A DNA stretch of 64,000 nucleotides. It comes from Deltaproteobacteria bacterium (lineage in GTDB: Bacteria > Desulfobacterota > Binatia > UBA1149 > JAJCZL01). Positions 8,347 through 18,760 of this stretch are shown here, one piece after another. The notes beneath the pieces were generated by a model. The model was not told the origin of the DNA and ran no database searches. It worked only from the letters and a program-made list of their open reading frames with translations. Each line of letters begins with the position of its first letter. Position 1 is the first letter of the stretch. A program made the position numbers and the translations under genes. The stretch spans positions 14,504-78,503 of the forward strand of contig JAJCZL010000037.1 in assembly GCA_029262415.1 (NCBI GenBank), written 5' to 3'.

Positions 8347-9249
8347 CTAAGCGCCTGTTCTCGTGCCTCCGCTGACTGAACCAGGGGGATAAACGCGCTC
8401 GAGAAACTCGATCACCGCGTTGGAGAAGGCATCGTTTCGGTCACCCGCAACCATATGCGCGGCACCCGCAACGTCCCGATACTCTGCATGCGGGGCCATC
8501 GCGAGGAACTCCTGGGCGGTCTCTTCACTGACCACGTCGCTCCGCCCTCCTCGCACAAGCAGAGTCGGCAGGCGCAACGCTCTCGCTGCACTCTCCAACT
8601 TGGCCGGGGTATCGCTCGCGCGTCGACCATATTCGGCCGACCCAACAAACGCCGGATCCCAACGCCAACGGTATCTCCCGTCCTCTCCTTGGCGCAGATT
8701 CTTCGCCAGCCCTGCAGGATCGGACGGTCGCGGTCGATGCGGAAGAAATTCAGCGACGGCATCGGCAGCGTCGTCGAGCGAGGCGAAACCCTCCGGCTTC
8801 GCGCGCATAAAATCGACAATGCGCCTCACGCCTTCGGGTTCAGTTCGCGGGGTGATGTCGACCAGGACCAGGCACGCTGCCGGGGACTGCGGCTCGCGCG
8901 TGGTCGCAGACAACGCGACCATCCCGCCGAGCGACGCGCCGACCAACGCAACGGCACTGCCCCGCCCGCGCAATTGGTCGACGACGTCCTCGATGTCGTC
9001 GACTAAAGAGTCAAGAGAATACCCGCCGGCACCCGCCCAAGCACTCTCGCCGTGGCCACGGGCGTCCAACGCCAACCCGTAGTAGCCACGCCCGGCCAAG
9101 GCGCATGCCGTCGATCCCCAGGCAAAACGCGTCTGCCCGCCGCCGTGCAACAGCAAGACCACCGGGTCGGCAGGATCACCCCACGCGCTCGCAGCGAGAG
9201 CAAGGCCGTCTCGCGAGCGGAACTCGATTATTGTTTCGCGATACGCCAT
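8347..9249 (-). CDS. Alpha/beta hydrolase
   Basis: LLLHGGGQT, LDARGHGES, nucleophile elbow GASLGG, LLVRGGRSDVV, AAHMVAGD. Confidence 0.92.
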   Translation of the reverse strand: MAYRETIIEFRSRDGLALAASAWGDPADPVVLLLHGGGQTRFAWGSTACALAGRGYYGLALDARGHGESAWAGAGGYSLDSLVDDIEDVVDQLRGRGSAVALVGASLGGMVALSATTREPQSPAACLVLVDITPRTEPEGVRRIVDFMRAKPEGFASLDDAADAVAEFLPHRPRPSDPAGLAKNLRQGEDGRYRWRWDPAFVGSAEYGRRASDTPAKLESAARALRLPTLLVRGGRSDVVSEETAQEFLAMAPHAEYRDVAGAAHMVAGDRNDAFSNAVIEFLERVYPPGSVSGGTRTGA

Positions 9250-9412
9250 AGTTCTGGTCTCCGCCCGCCGAATCGGAGATGCTAAGGGCTTGCGGTGCCC
9301 GCGTCAACGCGACGGTTGCGCCCATAAGGAGAAGCAGTGCCCGAACTCATCAAGGATTCCACACCGATCTTGTCGGTCGGTACCAACGACCGCGATCCCG
9401 AGTGAGTCGAAG

Positions 9413-10282
9413 GTGAGCAAGCCAACCGGGTCTCTGGGAACACCCGTAATTCGAGTCCTCCTGATTGAGGGCGCGGCAAACACCTGCATTTTGACGCTAA
9501 AACTCGTAGTGGGATTGCACACAGGGTCAATCGCCATCCTCGGGGATGCGCTGCACTCGTTGACCGATCTTCTCAACAATGTCCTCGCGTTTTTCGCTGC
9601 TCGGGTGGCGTACGCGCCACCGGACCCCGACCATCCTTACGGACATCGTAAATTCGAGCCACTCGCGGTCTTCGCGCTCGCGACCCTACTCTCGGCAGTC
9701 GCCGTACAGATCATCGTGCACGCGTTCACGCGGCTGGGAGAGCCGATCGAGACCAGTACATGGGCACTGGCGACAATGGCCGTAGTCTTGGTGGTTAACG
9801 TCGTGGTCTCAGGATGGGAGGCCGTACAGGCGCGCAAACTCGAGAGCGACCTGCTGCGTGCCGATGCATCCCACACCTTCAGCGACGTCTTGATTACATC
9901 TGCAGTGATCGCCGGTTGGCAGGCCGCCGCCCACGGGTATCCGTGGGCCGATCCGTTGCTCGCGATGTTCGTAGCCGTGCTGGTGTTTTACCTTGCATAC
10001 AGCTTGTTTCGCCGCGCGGTCCCCGCGCTCGTCGATCAAGCCGCGGCCAACGCCGTAGACGTCGCCCGTACCGTCAACGCTATTCCCGACGTGCGCGAGG
10101 TGCGACGCATTCGATCACGCCAGGGTGGCTCGGGGACCGTGGCCGATGTGATCGTGGCGGTCGACGGCGATCTGTCGACCGCACGTTCCCATGAGATCGC
10201 CAATACCATAGAACGGGCATTGGAAAGCAAGCTCGGCATCCGCGACGTGACGGTGCACATCGAACCCGCGACGAAGAGATGA
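9413..10282 (+). CDS. Cation diffusion facilitator (FieF-like) transporter; start taken at GTG 9413
   Basis: SIAILGDALHSLTD, PPDPDHPYGHRKFE, LRADASHTFSD, C-terminal SHEIA...VTVHIEP. Confidence 0.9.
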   Translation: MSKPTGSLGTPVIRVLLIEGAANTCILTLKLVVGLHTGSIAILGDALHSLTDLLNNVLAFFAARVAYAPPDPDHPYGHRKFEPLAVFALATLLSAVAVQIIVHAFTRLGEPIETSTWALATMAVVLVVNVVVSGWEAVQARKLESDLLRADASHTFSDVLITSAVIAGWQAAAHGYPWADPLLAMFVAVLVFYLAYSLFRRAVPALVDQAAANAVDVARTVNAIPDVREVRRIRSRQGGSGTVADVIVAVDGDLSTARSHEIANTIERALESKLGIRDVTVHIEPATKR

Positions 10283-10316
10283 TCCGGTATACACACAACC
10301 ACCACGGAACAGGTCT

Positions 10317-11153
10317 ATGGCGTACGAGAATTATACCGCACTAAAAATCAACACCGACGGCGGCGTGGCCGATATCACCATCGACCATCCCCCGCTGAAC
10401 CTCTTCGACGTTACGCTGATTACCGAGATGGACAGGCTCGGTCGCGAGCTCGAACACGACGACGAAGTCCGCGTCATCGTGTTCGAAAGCGCGAACCCGG
10501 ACTTCTTTATTGCCCACGCCGACGTCAGCATGATTCAAGCGTTAACCGATAACGCTCAGCCGCGCCCGTCAGAACCCAACATGTTTCAGCAGATGTGCGA
10601 CAGGTTCCGCCGTATGCCCAAGGTGAGCATCGCGAAGATCAGCGGGATAGCGCGCGGTGGCGGGAGCGAGTTTGTGCTCTCCCTCGACATGCGCTTTGGC
10701 GCGATCGGCAGGGCCGTACTGTCCCAACCCGAGGTCGCCCTCGGAATCATTCCGGGCGGCAGTGGAACACAACGCCTGCCGCGACTGATGGGGCGTGGGC
10801 GCGCACTGGAAGTGATTCTCGGCTGCAGCGATTTCGATGCCGAAGAAGCCGCACAATACGGTTACATCAACCGTGCACTTGCCCCCGAGGAGATCGACAG
10901 TTTCGTATACGGGCTGGCAAGGCGCATCGCGCTGTTCCCCGCGCACGCACTGGCTGCAGCGAAGCGCGCAGCTGCAGCGGCCGAGCCCGATCCGGTCGCG
11001 GGCCTGATTGAAGAAGCGGCCGCTTTCAACGAGGCGGCGGCCCACCCCGAAGCACGACGCCTCATGCAGAGCTTCCTCGACAACGGCGGACAAACCGTCG
11101 ATGTCGAGCGCGGCGGCCTCGAAGACTTAGTGGCCAGGCTGAACCGCGATTGA
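10317..11153 (+). CDS. Enoyl-CoA hydratase/isomerase family protein
   Basis: SANPDFFIAHAD, IAKISGIARGGGSEF, QPEVALGIIPGGSGTQRLPRLMG. Confidence 0.92.
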   Translation: MAYENYTALKINTDGGVADITIDHPPLNLFDVTLITEMDRLGRELEHDDEVRVIVFESANPDFFIAHADVSMIQALTDNAQPRPSEPNMFQQMCDRFRRMPKVSIAKISGIARGGGSEFVLSLDMRFGAIGRAVLSQPEVALGIIPGGSGTQRLPRLMGRGRALEVILGCSDFDAEEAAQYGYINRALAPEEIDSFVYGLARRIALFPAHALAAAKRAAAAAEPDPVAGLIEEAAAFNEAAAHPEARRLMQSFLDNGGQTVDVERGGLEDLVARLNRD

Positions 11154-11626
11154 AGCACGAGACCGACAGCGACGAGCTCTTGCGCGAGCTTCAGAGGCTA
11201 CTCGACCGAAGCACCGCGACGGCCGGCCCTGCAGCATCGACATCGGTGGGCACAGCTGGACGGCAGATGTCGGCCGAACAATTGCTTGCGTTCTGGGAAA
11301 CCGCCGGCGTGCTCGCGATGACGACGGTCGGCCGCAACGGAGCTCCCCACTCCGCCCCTGTCCACGCGCGTATTCGTGGCGCACATCTCTCCCTGGTCGT
11401 CTACGACAACACGCTGCGCCGACGCGACATCGAGCACAACCCCAAGACATCCTTCGTGACATGGGGACGAAACGGGGAAGCCGTCATCATATACGGGAAT
11501 GCGACCGAAGTGCCGGACAGCCTGAGGCCGACGCGTGACTCACGCGAGGGCGAGAAGCGCAACGTCGTCGAGATCGACGTCAAGCTAACCCGTATCTACG
11601 CGATGCGTGGCCGCAACGAGGGCTGA
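11150..11626 (+). CDS. Pyridoxamine 5'-phosphate oxidase-like (split barrel) protein
   Basis: LAMTTVGRNGAPHSAPV...RRRDIEHNPKTSF; 4-bp overlap with the previous gene. Confidence 0.7.
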   Translation: MKHETDSDELLRELQRLLDRSTATAGPAASTSVGTAGRQMSAEQLLAFWETAGVLAMTTVGRNGAPHSAPVHARIRGAHLSLVVYDNTLRRRDIEHNPKTSFVTWGRNGEAVIIYGNATEVPDSLRPTRDSREGEKRNVVEIDVKLTRIYAMRGRNEG

Positions 11627-11675
11627 CCCGGAGCGGAGCCGTCCAAACCCAGCGCGACCACGCGAGAACTACCGG

Positions 11676-12581
11676 CTATTCGCCGTCTATGTCGCCGTCG
11701 TCGCTGTCAGCTTCGGCTGTTAACCCGGAACCACCCACCAGCGAGCCGTAGAGGTCACAGCGCCGATCCCTGAACAGACCGAACGAAGCACGGTTGCGGC
11801 GTATCTCGGCGAGGTCGAAACTCGCCATCGCGAAGCCGTGTTCGCCGTCGCCGACTTGGTCAACGATTTCACCGCGGTGGTCGCAAACGAAGGAGTGTCC
11901 GTAGAACGTCTGACCGTTTTCATTACCGACGCGGTTCGCCGCCGCTAACGGTACGACATTGGCAACCGCATGGCCCTGCATCACTCGCTGCCAGGCCTTC
12001 CTGGTATCGAGGTCGGGATCGTCGGGTTCGCTGCCGATGGCGGACGGATAGACGAGCACCTCGGCGCCCTGCAAGACCATCGCGCGCGCGGCTTCGGGGA
12101 ACCACTGGTCCCAACAGATCCCCGCACCCACCACACCATGGCAGGTCTCCCATGCACGAAACCCGGTATCGCCCGGACGAAAGTAAAACTTTTCTTCGTA
12201 TCCAGGTCCGTCGGGAATGTGCGACTTTCGGTACACCCCCAGCACCGAACCGTCACCGTCCACCATCGCTATGCTGTTGTAATAGGATTGCCCGTCTCGC
12301 TCAAAAAAAGAGACCGGTACGACTAGGCGACGCTGCGCACACAGCTGCTGAAATTTGCCGATGGTCGGGTGGTTTTTCAGCGGCTGCGCGAGATCGAAGA
12401 AGCGCTCGTCCTCGTGTTTGCAGAAGTAGCCTCCCTCAAACAGCTCAGGAACCACCACGACGTTGGCACCGGCGTCGGCGGCCTCACTGACGAGGTACAT
12501 CGTGCGGTCTACATTATCGCGAATATCTTCGGCGAACGCCGTTTGAACGACCGCAACGTTGACCTTTCGTATTTCACTCAT
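11676..12581 (-). CDS. aguB: N-carbamoylputrescine amidase
   Basis: Nitrilase triad motifs VPELF, YRKSHIPDGPGYEEKFYF, GICWDQWFPEAAR, YPSAIGSEP. Confidence 0.95.
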   Translation of the reverse strand: MSEIRKVNVAVVQTAFAEDIRDNVDRTMYLVSEAADAGANVVVVPELFEGGYFCKHEDERFFDLAQPLKNHPTIGKFQQLCAQRRLVVPVSFFERDGQSYYNSIAMVDGDGSVLGVYRKSHIPDGPGYEEKFYFRPGDTGFRAWETCHGVVGAGICWDQWFPEAARAMVLQGAEVLVYPSAIGSEPDDPDLDTRKAWQRVMQGHAVANVVPLAAANRVGNENGQTFYGHSFVCDHRGEIVDQVGDGEHGFAMASFDLAEIRRNRASFGLFRDRRCDLYGSLVGGSGLTAEADSDDGDIDGE

Positions 12582-13597
12582 GGCTTCGGCTGTTGCTGTG
12601 TAATGCAGTGGAATGCACCACCACCGGTCAGAATCGCCCGTGCCGGAACCCCAACCGTCGGGCGACCGGGGAAACAGGCCTGAACAACATCAACAGCCTC
12701 GTAATCGTAGCGTGTCCCATACACTGGAACCACCACCGAGCCGTTGGCGACATAGAAGTTCGCATAGCTTGCAGGCATCGGGTTTCCGGCCGAATCCGCG
12801 ACCAGTCCCGGTGAAGGAAGTTCAACCACTTCGAGCCGATGCCCATCGCAATCGCGCGCGCGGCGCAGGTCTTCGGCGACGGCGGTCAATACCGCGCGGT
12901 TGGGATCGGCGGCATCACGCGCGGTCATGCACACGACCCTGCCCGGAGCGGTGAAGCGGGCCAGTGTGTCAACGTGACCATCGGTGTGATCGTTTGCAAG
13001 ACCCCTGTCCAACCATACCACCGTGCGTGCCCCCAGGGACGCCGCAAGCGCTCGTTCGATATCGTGCTCGGAAACACCCGGGTTGCGGTTCGCGTTAAGC
13101 GCGCACTGACGGGTCGTCAAGAACGTGCCCTGCCCGTCGGTATCTAGAGCGCCACCCTCGAGCACTATCCCGGCCCGGTGCGACGACGTCCGAGCGAGCT
13201 TTGCCACCCGCCCGGCGACTTCGCGATCCTCGGGGAACACGTACTTACCGCCCCAACCGTTGAAATCGAACACCACCGCCGCCAGCCCGCCGTCGCCGAG
13301 CCTCACGAACACGGGCCCGGTGTCTCGGAGCCAGATGTCGCCGAACGATCCACGGTAGAAGCTGATCTCGGCGCCCGCAAGCGCGGCAGACGCCTCGGCT
13401 TCACCGCGCTCGTCGCGCACCAGACAGGCAACGCGCTCGCCGGAGATCGCCGCGCACATCGCGGCGAATTCACCGCGGGCGGCGGCAAGATCTTCGCCCC
13501 ACAGATCGGCGTGGCTCGGCCAAGCCGTCCATACCGCCTCGTGAGGCTCCCACTCCGCAGGCGTGCGGACTCCGGGTCGGTTACGCTGCTGCGTCAT
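12578..13597 (-). CDS. aguA: Agmatine deiminase
   Basis: PAEWEPH, DIWLRDTGP, FNGWGGKY, LEGGALD, DHTDGHVD, ASYANF, GGGAFHCITQQQP. Confidence 0.95.
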   Translation of the reverse strand: MTQQRNRPGVRTPAEWEPHEAVWTAWPSHADLWGEDLAAARGEFAAMCAAISGERVACLVRDERGEAEASAALAGAEISFYRGSFGDIWLRDTGPVFVRLGDGGLAAVVFDFNGWGGKYVFPEDREVAGRVAKLARTSSHRAGIVLEGGALDTDGQGTFLTTRQCALNANRNPGVSEHDIERALAASLGARTVVWLDRGLANDHTDGHVDTLARFTAPGRVVCMTARDAADPNRAVLTAVAEDLRRARDCDGHRLEVVELPSPGLVADSAGNPMPASYANFYVANGSVVVPVYGTRYDYEAVDVVQACFPGRPTVGVPARAILTGGGAFHCITQQQPKP

Positions 13598-13701
13598 GGT
13601 AGTCCGCCAACAATGCGGCAAGCCGCAGCTTTGGACAAGTCGGCATCCTTGTACACGACGGCTGGCAACTATCCACGAACCGTGGCATCTTTCCGGCCTG
13701 T

Positions 13702-14052
13702 ATGGAAAGACCACCAACGAGCATTATCGCCCGCTTCCTTTCGATCGCGCTGGTTGCAGCGGCCCTCGGCGCTGCCCATGCCTATACTCCGCAGGACAGC
13801 ACCGAGATCGGCGCCCTTTACGTGATGACTGTCGAGGGTATGACCTGTGCCGTCAGCTGCGCTCCCACGGTGCAAAAAGCGCTGTCGGCAATTCCCGGAG
13901 TCCGTAGCGCCGTGGTCGACTTCAACCGCACCCAAGCGGTCGTGCGGATGAAACAGGGACAAGCTTTGACCGCCGAGGAATGTGACGCCTCATTCAACAA
14001 CGCGGGTTACTTCGTCAGCGATTTCCGGCTCAAGGGTTCGGACCCAAGCTGA
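13702..14052 (+). CDS. Secreted heavy-metal-associated (HMA/MerP-like) domain protein
   Basis: Signal peptide ending AAHA; MTVEGMTCAVSCAPTVQKALSAIPGVRSAVVDF...NAGY. Confidence 0.8.
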   Translation: MERPPTSIIARFLSIALVAAALGAAHAYTPQDSTEIGALYVMTVEGMTCAVSCAPTVQKALSAIPGVRSAVVDFNRTQAVVRMKQGQALTAEECDASFNNAGYFVSDFRLKGSDPS

Positions 14053-15386
14053 CCCTCGCGCCGGCGCCGTCCCATCCAAGCAAGCAACGCCAGGCCCGGC
14101 AACGCTGCGACCGTGGTGATCACGAAGAACGTTACCCAATCGTAGTTCTCAGCGAGCCAGCCTCCCGAAGTCGCTAGCCACGTGCGCGCAACCGCCATAA
14201 ACGACGTGAGCAGCGCGTACTGCGTCGCGGTGTAGCTGACGTTGCACAGGCTCGACAGGTAGGCGACAAACGCCGCCGTCCCCATCCCGCTCGCGAAGTT
14301 CTCAAAGCCGATGGTTACCGCAAGCATCGCGGTGCTATGACCGACCATCGCCTGAACCGCAAACATGAGGTTCGAAAGCATCTGCAAGATTCCGCAGATC
14401 CACAGCGACCGGCTCAGCCCAACCGCGTTCATGAGCCCGCCGCCGGCCCCGGCACCGACCAGTGTGGCCGCCAATCCAAAGCTCTTCACCACCGTCGCGA
14501 TCTCGGTCTTGGTAAACCCGACCTCGAGCAAAAAGGGATTGGTCATCACGCCGGCAAGCGTGTCGCCGAATTTGTAGAGCATCACGAAAAGCAGGATCGT
14601 CGCCCATCCCTTACGCTGCATAAAGTCGGCAAACGGACACACCACCGAGCCGTACAGCCACGCGGCGGCGCGACCAAAGGCCCCGGAGAACGCCGGACGC
14701 GCGGCCAAGAACTCCTCGGCCCTGGCCTCCAGCGCGCGTGACTCCGCCGACGCAACGACTTCGGGTTCACGACCGAAAAGTGTCGCGAGCATACCTACCC
14801 CGACCAACGCGGCCATGAATGCGTAGACTTCGAACCATCCCCAGAACTCGGCCAGGTACAGAGCGCCGGCGCCGGACACGAGCATTCCGACGCGGTAGCC
14901 GAAGACGACTGCCGCCGCGCCCGCTGCTTGCCGGCGCTCTTCGAGAAGCTCGACGCGGTAGGAGTCGATGACGATATCTTGGCTCGCAGAGCAAAACGCC
15001 ACGATGACTGCGCATAGCGCAGTCATCCATGCATTCTGCGCGGGGCTGGTCATCCCGAGCCCGACCAGGCTCGCGGCAAGAGCGGCCTGTGTCGCCAGCA
15101 TCCAGCCGCGCCGCCGGCCCAGCAGCCTTCCCAGCACTGGAAATTGCAGACGGTCAATCAACGGAGCCCAAAGAAACTTCAGCGAGTAGGGCGTAGCGAC
15201 TGAGGCGAACAAACCGATGCTGGTCTTGCTGATCCCGGATTCCGCCAGCCAAAAGGTAAGCGTCGAGAACGTCAACGCCAGCGGTAAACCACTGGAGAAT
15301 CCGAGCACACCGATACCGAGGATGCGCGGGTCACGATAGACCGAAAGGCCTGCCCGAAGGCCCGACCAGCGGCCGACCGCTACCAC
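14007..15386 (-). CDS. ampG: AmpG-family muropeptide MFS permease
   Basis: [59 protein letters not shown]. Confidence 0.93.
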   Translation of the reverse strand: MVAVGRWSGLRAGLSVYRDPRILGIGVLGFSSGLPLALTFSTLTFWLAESGISKTSIGLFASVATPYSLKFLWAPLIDRLQFPVLGRLLGRRRGWMLATQAALAASLVGLGMTSPAQNAWMTALCAVIVAFCSASQDIVIDSYRVELLEERRQAAGAAAVVFGYRVGMLVSGAGALYLAEFWGWFEVYAFMAALVGVGMLATLFGREPEVVASAESRALEARAEEFLAARPAFSGAFGRAAAWLYGSVVCPFADFMQRKGWATILLFVMLYKFGDTLAGVMTNPFLLEVGFTKTEIATVVKSFGLAATLVGAGAGGGLMNAVGLSRSLWICGILQMLSNLMFAVQAMVGHSTAMLAVTIGFENFASGMGTAAFVAYLSSLCNVSYTATQYALLTSFMAVARTWLATSGGWLAENYDWVTFFVITTVAALPGLALLAWMGRRRREGQLGSEPLSRKSLTK

Positions 15387-15919
15387 GCACCAGTCTCGCC
15401 CGGCGGGGCCGCACGTGTGAGCAATATCTCGTCTGACAACGAAGCCCGGTAATCGTTCAGGGCCCAGCGCACACTCGGAAACGCGATCTCATCCCAAGGA
15501 ATGTCGTCCCAAACAAACAAACCGACCGCCTCGCTCTCCGGCCCAGCCTCGACGTCGGGAGTAATCAGCCGCGCCCTAAATATCATGTGCACCTGCGAGG
15601 CATGTGTTACGTCATAGGCACCGAGCAGCCCGTCAAACTCAAAACGTGCGCGCGCCTCCTCCCAGGCCTCGCGGGCCGCGCCCTGCTCCATGCTCTCGCC
15701 AACCTCCATAAAGCCCGCCGGAAGCGTCCAGAATCCTTTACGTGGACCGATTGCCCGTTTGCATAGCAAGATGCGACCCTCCCAAGCCGCAACGACACCG
15801 ACGATCATGCGCGGGTTGTGGTAGTCGATGAACCCGCATTGACCACAGACCGAGCGCTCGCGTTCGTCGCCTTCGGGAACCATGGAGGTGAAGTGCTTCT
15901 TGTTACCGGATCCGGCCAT
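15380..15919 (-). CDS. NUDIX hydrolase with N-terminal zinc ribbon
   Basis: [13 protein letters not shown], Nudix box [37 protein letters not shown]. Confidence 0.92.
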   Translation of the reverse strand: MAGSGNKKHFTSMVPEGDERERSVCGQCGFIDYHNPRMIVGVVAAWEGRILLCKRAIGPRKGFWTLPAGFMEVGESMEQGAAREAWEEARARFEFDGLLGAYDVTHASQVHMIFRARLITPDVEAGPESEAVGLFVWDDIPWDEIAFPSVRWALNDYRASLSDEILLTRAAPPGETGAW

Positions 15920-16059
15920 TGAACCAGTGTGCCGTTGGTCGCGACGGGCCACAACTCGCGCACACCGGCTCAACGGCGCCGGACCACTGGACCCATTACG
16001 ACCAAGTAGCGAGCCGGCGCGCGAGACACTGACACTCGCCGCTGCTAGCTTGCAGAGCT

Positions 16060-16401
16060 ATGGCAGTCCTCAAAGTAGCCAAGTGCGACGCGCTCGGCGT
16101 CGGCGAAACAGTGAAATTCGAATTCACTCAAGACGGTGCAAGACGCGAAGGATTCGTGATCCGTCATGCATCTGGCATATCGGCGTACCGCAACGAGTGT
16201 AGACACATTCCTATGACAATGGACTGGGTCGAGAACCGCTTTCTCTCGCGCGATGGTTGCTACATCCAATGCTCAACGCACGGAGCGCTCTTCGAGATCG
16301 ACACCGGCCTGTGCGTAGCGGGCCCACCAGAAGGTAAAACCCTGCGGTCTTTGGATGTTCGCGAGGAAAACGGCGAGATTCTCGTTACCGTTGAGCGCTG
16401 A
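16060..16401 (+). CDS. Rieske [2Fe-2S] ferredoxin
   Basis: AYRNECRH...IQCSTHGALFEIDTGLCVAGP. Confidence 0.92.
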   Translation: MAVLKVAKCDALGVGETVKFEFTQDGARREGFVIRHASGISAYRNECRHIPMTMDWVENRFLSRDGCYIQCSTHGALFEIDTGLCVAGPPEGKTLRSLDVREENGEILVTVER

Positions 16402-18577
16402 ACCCGCGTCCACGCAGCCACGCGGTCAGACGCGAATGCTCCAAGTAGGTGAGTTCGCGCTGCAAAGGCCCGATATCGCTTTGCTCACCCGGGTCGCGCT
16501 GGAGATCAAAGATCGAGAGCGTTCCAGGGCCTGCCGAGTAAACGGTCTTCCAATTGCGATCGCGAAACCCGAACTCGTAGGGCGGATACGGCGAGAAGAA
16601 AAAGACAAAACTCTCCAGTGTTCGCTCAAATACGCTCCGTCCCGTCCACAACGATGAGCCGGGCACCCCGAGCAGCTGGGTGATCGTTGGCGGGAGATCC
16701 GACAACGACGCGATCCCTTCGATTTGCGATCCACCCAAGGCTACAGGGTTGAACAACGCCAGCGGGACTCGGATGTATCGTTCTTGGAGGCCAACTCCAG
16801 TATCGGCTGTCACGTGCGCTGTCCCGATGACGGCAACAATCGTAGTCTCGGCCAGACCGTTGCGTTCAAGAGCCTCTAAGATCTTTACGACGGCTGCTTC
16901 GGCACCACGCGCGTCCGGACTTCCCAGCGCAATAGTGTGATCGTGAGAGTCCGCGTCCAGACCGAACACCACCACGCCCAAGAACGGCGGCCGTCGGTTT
17001 TCACGCGAAGCCGCTAATTCCGCCTCGATTTGCGACAAGACGCACCCACCCCAAGAAGAATCCGGCTCTGCGCAACCTGCTCGTGCTTGCAGATCGTTTT
17101 TCAGTCCGTGAGCCCGCAGGAAGCGCGTCACAACGTCGTCCGGCGATGCGAACACCGCGCCGGTCACCGATCCTCTGATCAACCAGGTATCGTAGCCGTG
17201 CGCGGAGAGCAGCGCAGGAAGTGATGTCACTCCGTCTCGCGGCCTAGATGTAAACGGAGACGCGTAAGCTAGCGGCGGTTCATGCCCGGTGATGATCGCA
17301 TACAGCGACTTATCTGCCGACGGCGCGGGTGCGTAGATGTCAGACACCGTCACAGAGCCGCGGCGGAAGCGCGACAACCGCGACTCGGTTTGCTCCTGCG
17401 TCGTCGCGGCCATCGCCACTTCGAAGAATGCCGGAGGGAGACCCTGGACAACAACAACCAGCGCATTGCGGATTCTCGACTCATGATCGACCGCGCCAGC
17501 ATCTTGATTTCCAATGCTCGCATCAACACCGACATGCGCCCGCGTGATGCTCTCGTATTCCTCGCTCGCCCACGTCGGCGGCACGGCATCCAAGAGGTCG
17601 GCGTAAGCAAGCGCTCCACCGGAAGCTCGCAGCGTATGCATCCACGGATTTTCGAGTGCTGAGGCGCGGACATCGACGTCCTCGACCAGGACACCCGAGA
17701 CCTGGAGATATCCCGCCACCAAAGCGCACAAGGACACTGTCACCCACACCCGCCAACCCTCGCTGTGAAAAGCTCGCACCAACCGCCGTGTGCCTTCGAG
17801 GAGCAGAACAAATGCCGACAAGAACGCTGCAAGTGAAGCTGCGCTGTGCACCGAGGCGAGACCGGCCACGGTCGGGCCGACGCTTGGCGCCCCTAACCCC
17901 CGCGCGGCACGCACCCACTGCGCGGACCACGGCGCATCGGTGTGTTCGACACTCAATAGGTTGAGATAGGCGTGCAGGACCAGGCCAAGACACACTCCCC
18001 GAAAACACCAGATCATTGCGCGTCTTAGCGCCGGTAATGCCGCGAACGTGCCACCGATGCCCGCCGCAAGAAGCGACAATACCGCTATCAACGCGACGTC
18101 CTGGTTAGCGAGCAGAAGAGAGCCCGGCCAGCCGGGCGAGCCCTGAGGAAGCTCGAGTAGCAAGGACGCGCGGATCAAGACGCTCAACACACAGGCGGTA
18201 AAACCGGCACAGACCGCCTCTACCACCGCGCTCTCCGGCCACGCATTGACCAGCCCCCCCGCCCGATTGGCAAGCAGCGTCGCAAACGAGAAGACCAGGC
18301 CGGCGACCAGTACACCCCACGCCGCCGGGGCGCGAATCAGCATGCGCATCGCGCGCGGCGGGCTCTCGGCCAGGCTGAGCAGCGGTGGAGTCTCGGCGGT
18401 CGGCGGTCGGTACGCCTCGGCCGGCGCGTAGGGGATGATGCGGCTGGACACGTCCAGGTCGCGAGCACTCGTTCCGCCGCCCCTCGCCAACGCAGGCGTA
18501 GCGGCAGCCGAAGATACAATCCACGCGCACAGCAACAGCGCGAAGACCCGCAGAATATGTTTAGGCCCCCCCGACAT
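16385..18577 (-). CDS. Membrane-anchored sulfatase/LTA-synthase-like protein with degenerate active site
   Basis: About 7 N-terminal TM segments; C-terminal domain RNALVVVVQG...SLYAIITG...LERNGLAETTIVAVIG...IRVPL...SLSDLPPTI..LLG...GRSVF...FDLQRDPGEQ. Confidence 0.7.
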   Translation of the reverse strand: MSGGPKHILRVFALLLCAWIVSSAAATPALARGGGTSARDLDVSSRIIPYAPAEAYRPPTAETPPLLSLAESPPRAMRMLIRAPAAWGVLVAGLVFSFATLLANRAGGLVNAWPESAVVEAVCAGFTACVLSVLIRASLLLELPQGSPGWPGSLLLANQDVALIAVLSLLAAGIGGTFAALPALRRAMIWCFRGVCLGLVLHAYLNLLSVEHTDAPWSAQWVRAARGLGAPSVGPTVAGLASVHSAASLAAFLSAFVLLLEGTRRLVRAFHSEGWRVWVTVSLCALVAGYLQVSGVLVEDVDVRASALENPWMHTLRASGGALAYADLLDAVPPTWASEEYESITRAHVGVDASIGNQDAGAVDHESRIRNALVVVVQGLPPAFFEVAMAATTQEQTESRLSRFRRGSVTVSDIYAPAPSADKSLYAIITGHEPPLAYASPFTSRPRDGVTSLPALLSAHGYDTWLIRGSVTGAVFASPDDVVTRFLRAHGLKNDLQARAGCAEPDSSWGGCVLSQIEAELAASRENRRPPFLGVVVFGLDADSHDHTIALGSPDARGAEAAVVKILEALERNGLAETTIVAVIGTAHVTADTGVGLQERYIRVPLALFNPVALGGSQIEGIASLSDLPPTITQLLGVPGSSLWTGRSVFERTLESFVFFFSPYPPYEFGFRDRNWKTVYSAGPGTLSIFDLQRDPGEQSDIGPLQRELTYLEHSRLTAWLRGRGFSAQR

Positions 18578-18673
18578 AGCGACTTTCCAGCCTAGCGGGA
18601 CAAACGGATGAATCCATCGCCGGAGCCTCCGGCGGGCTCCGGCGGGCTACCTTTCGCGAGCTGAAACCGCGCT

Positions 18674-18691
18674 ACATTCCGCGCGGAATGT
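18674..18691. repeat. Palindromic repeat copy 5 (perfect 18 bp), intergenic
   Basis: ACATTCCGCGCGGAATGT, same core as the copies flanking the HNH gene 14 kb away. Confidence 0.9.
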
Positions 18692-18760
18692 GGATAACTC
18701 GGCGCAAAGTACACCGGCGGCACGATGATCGGTCCGCTCAGTCACTTGTGTAGAGCTTCC

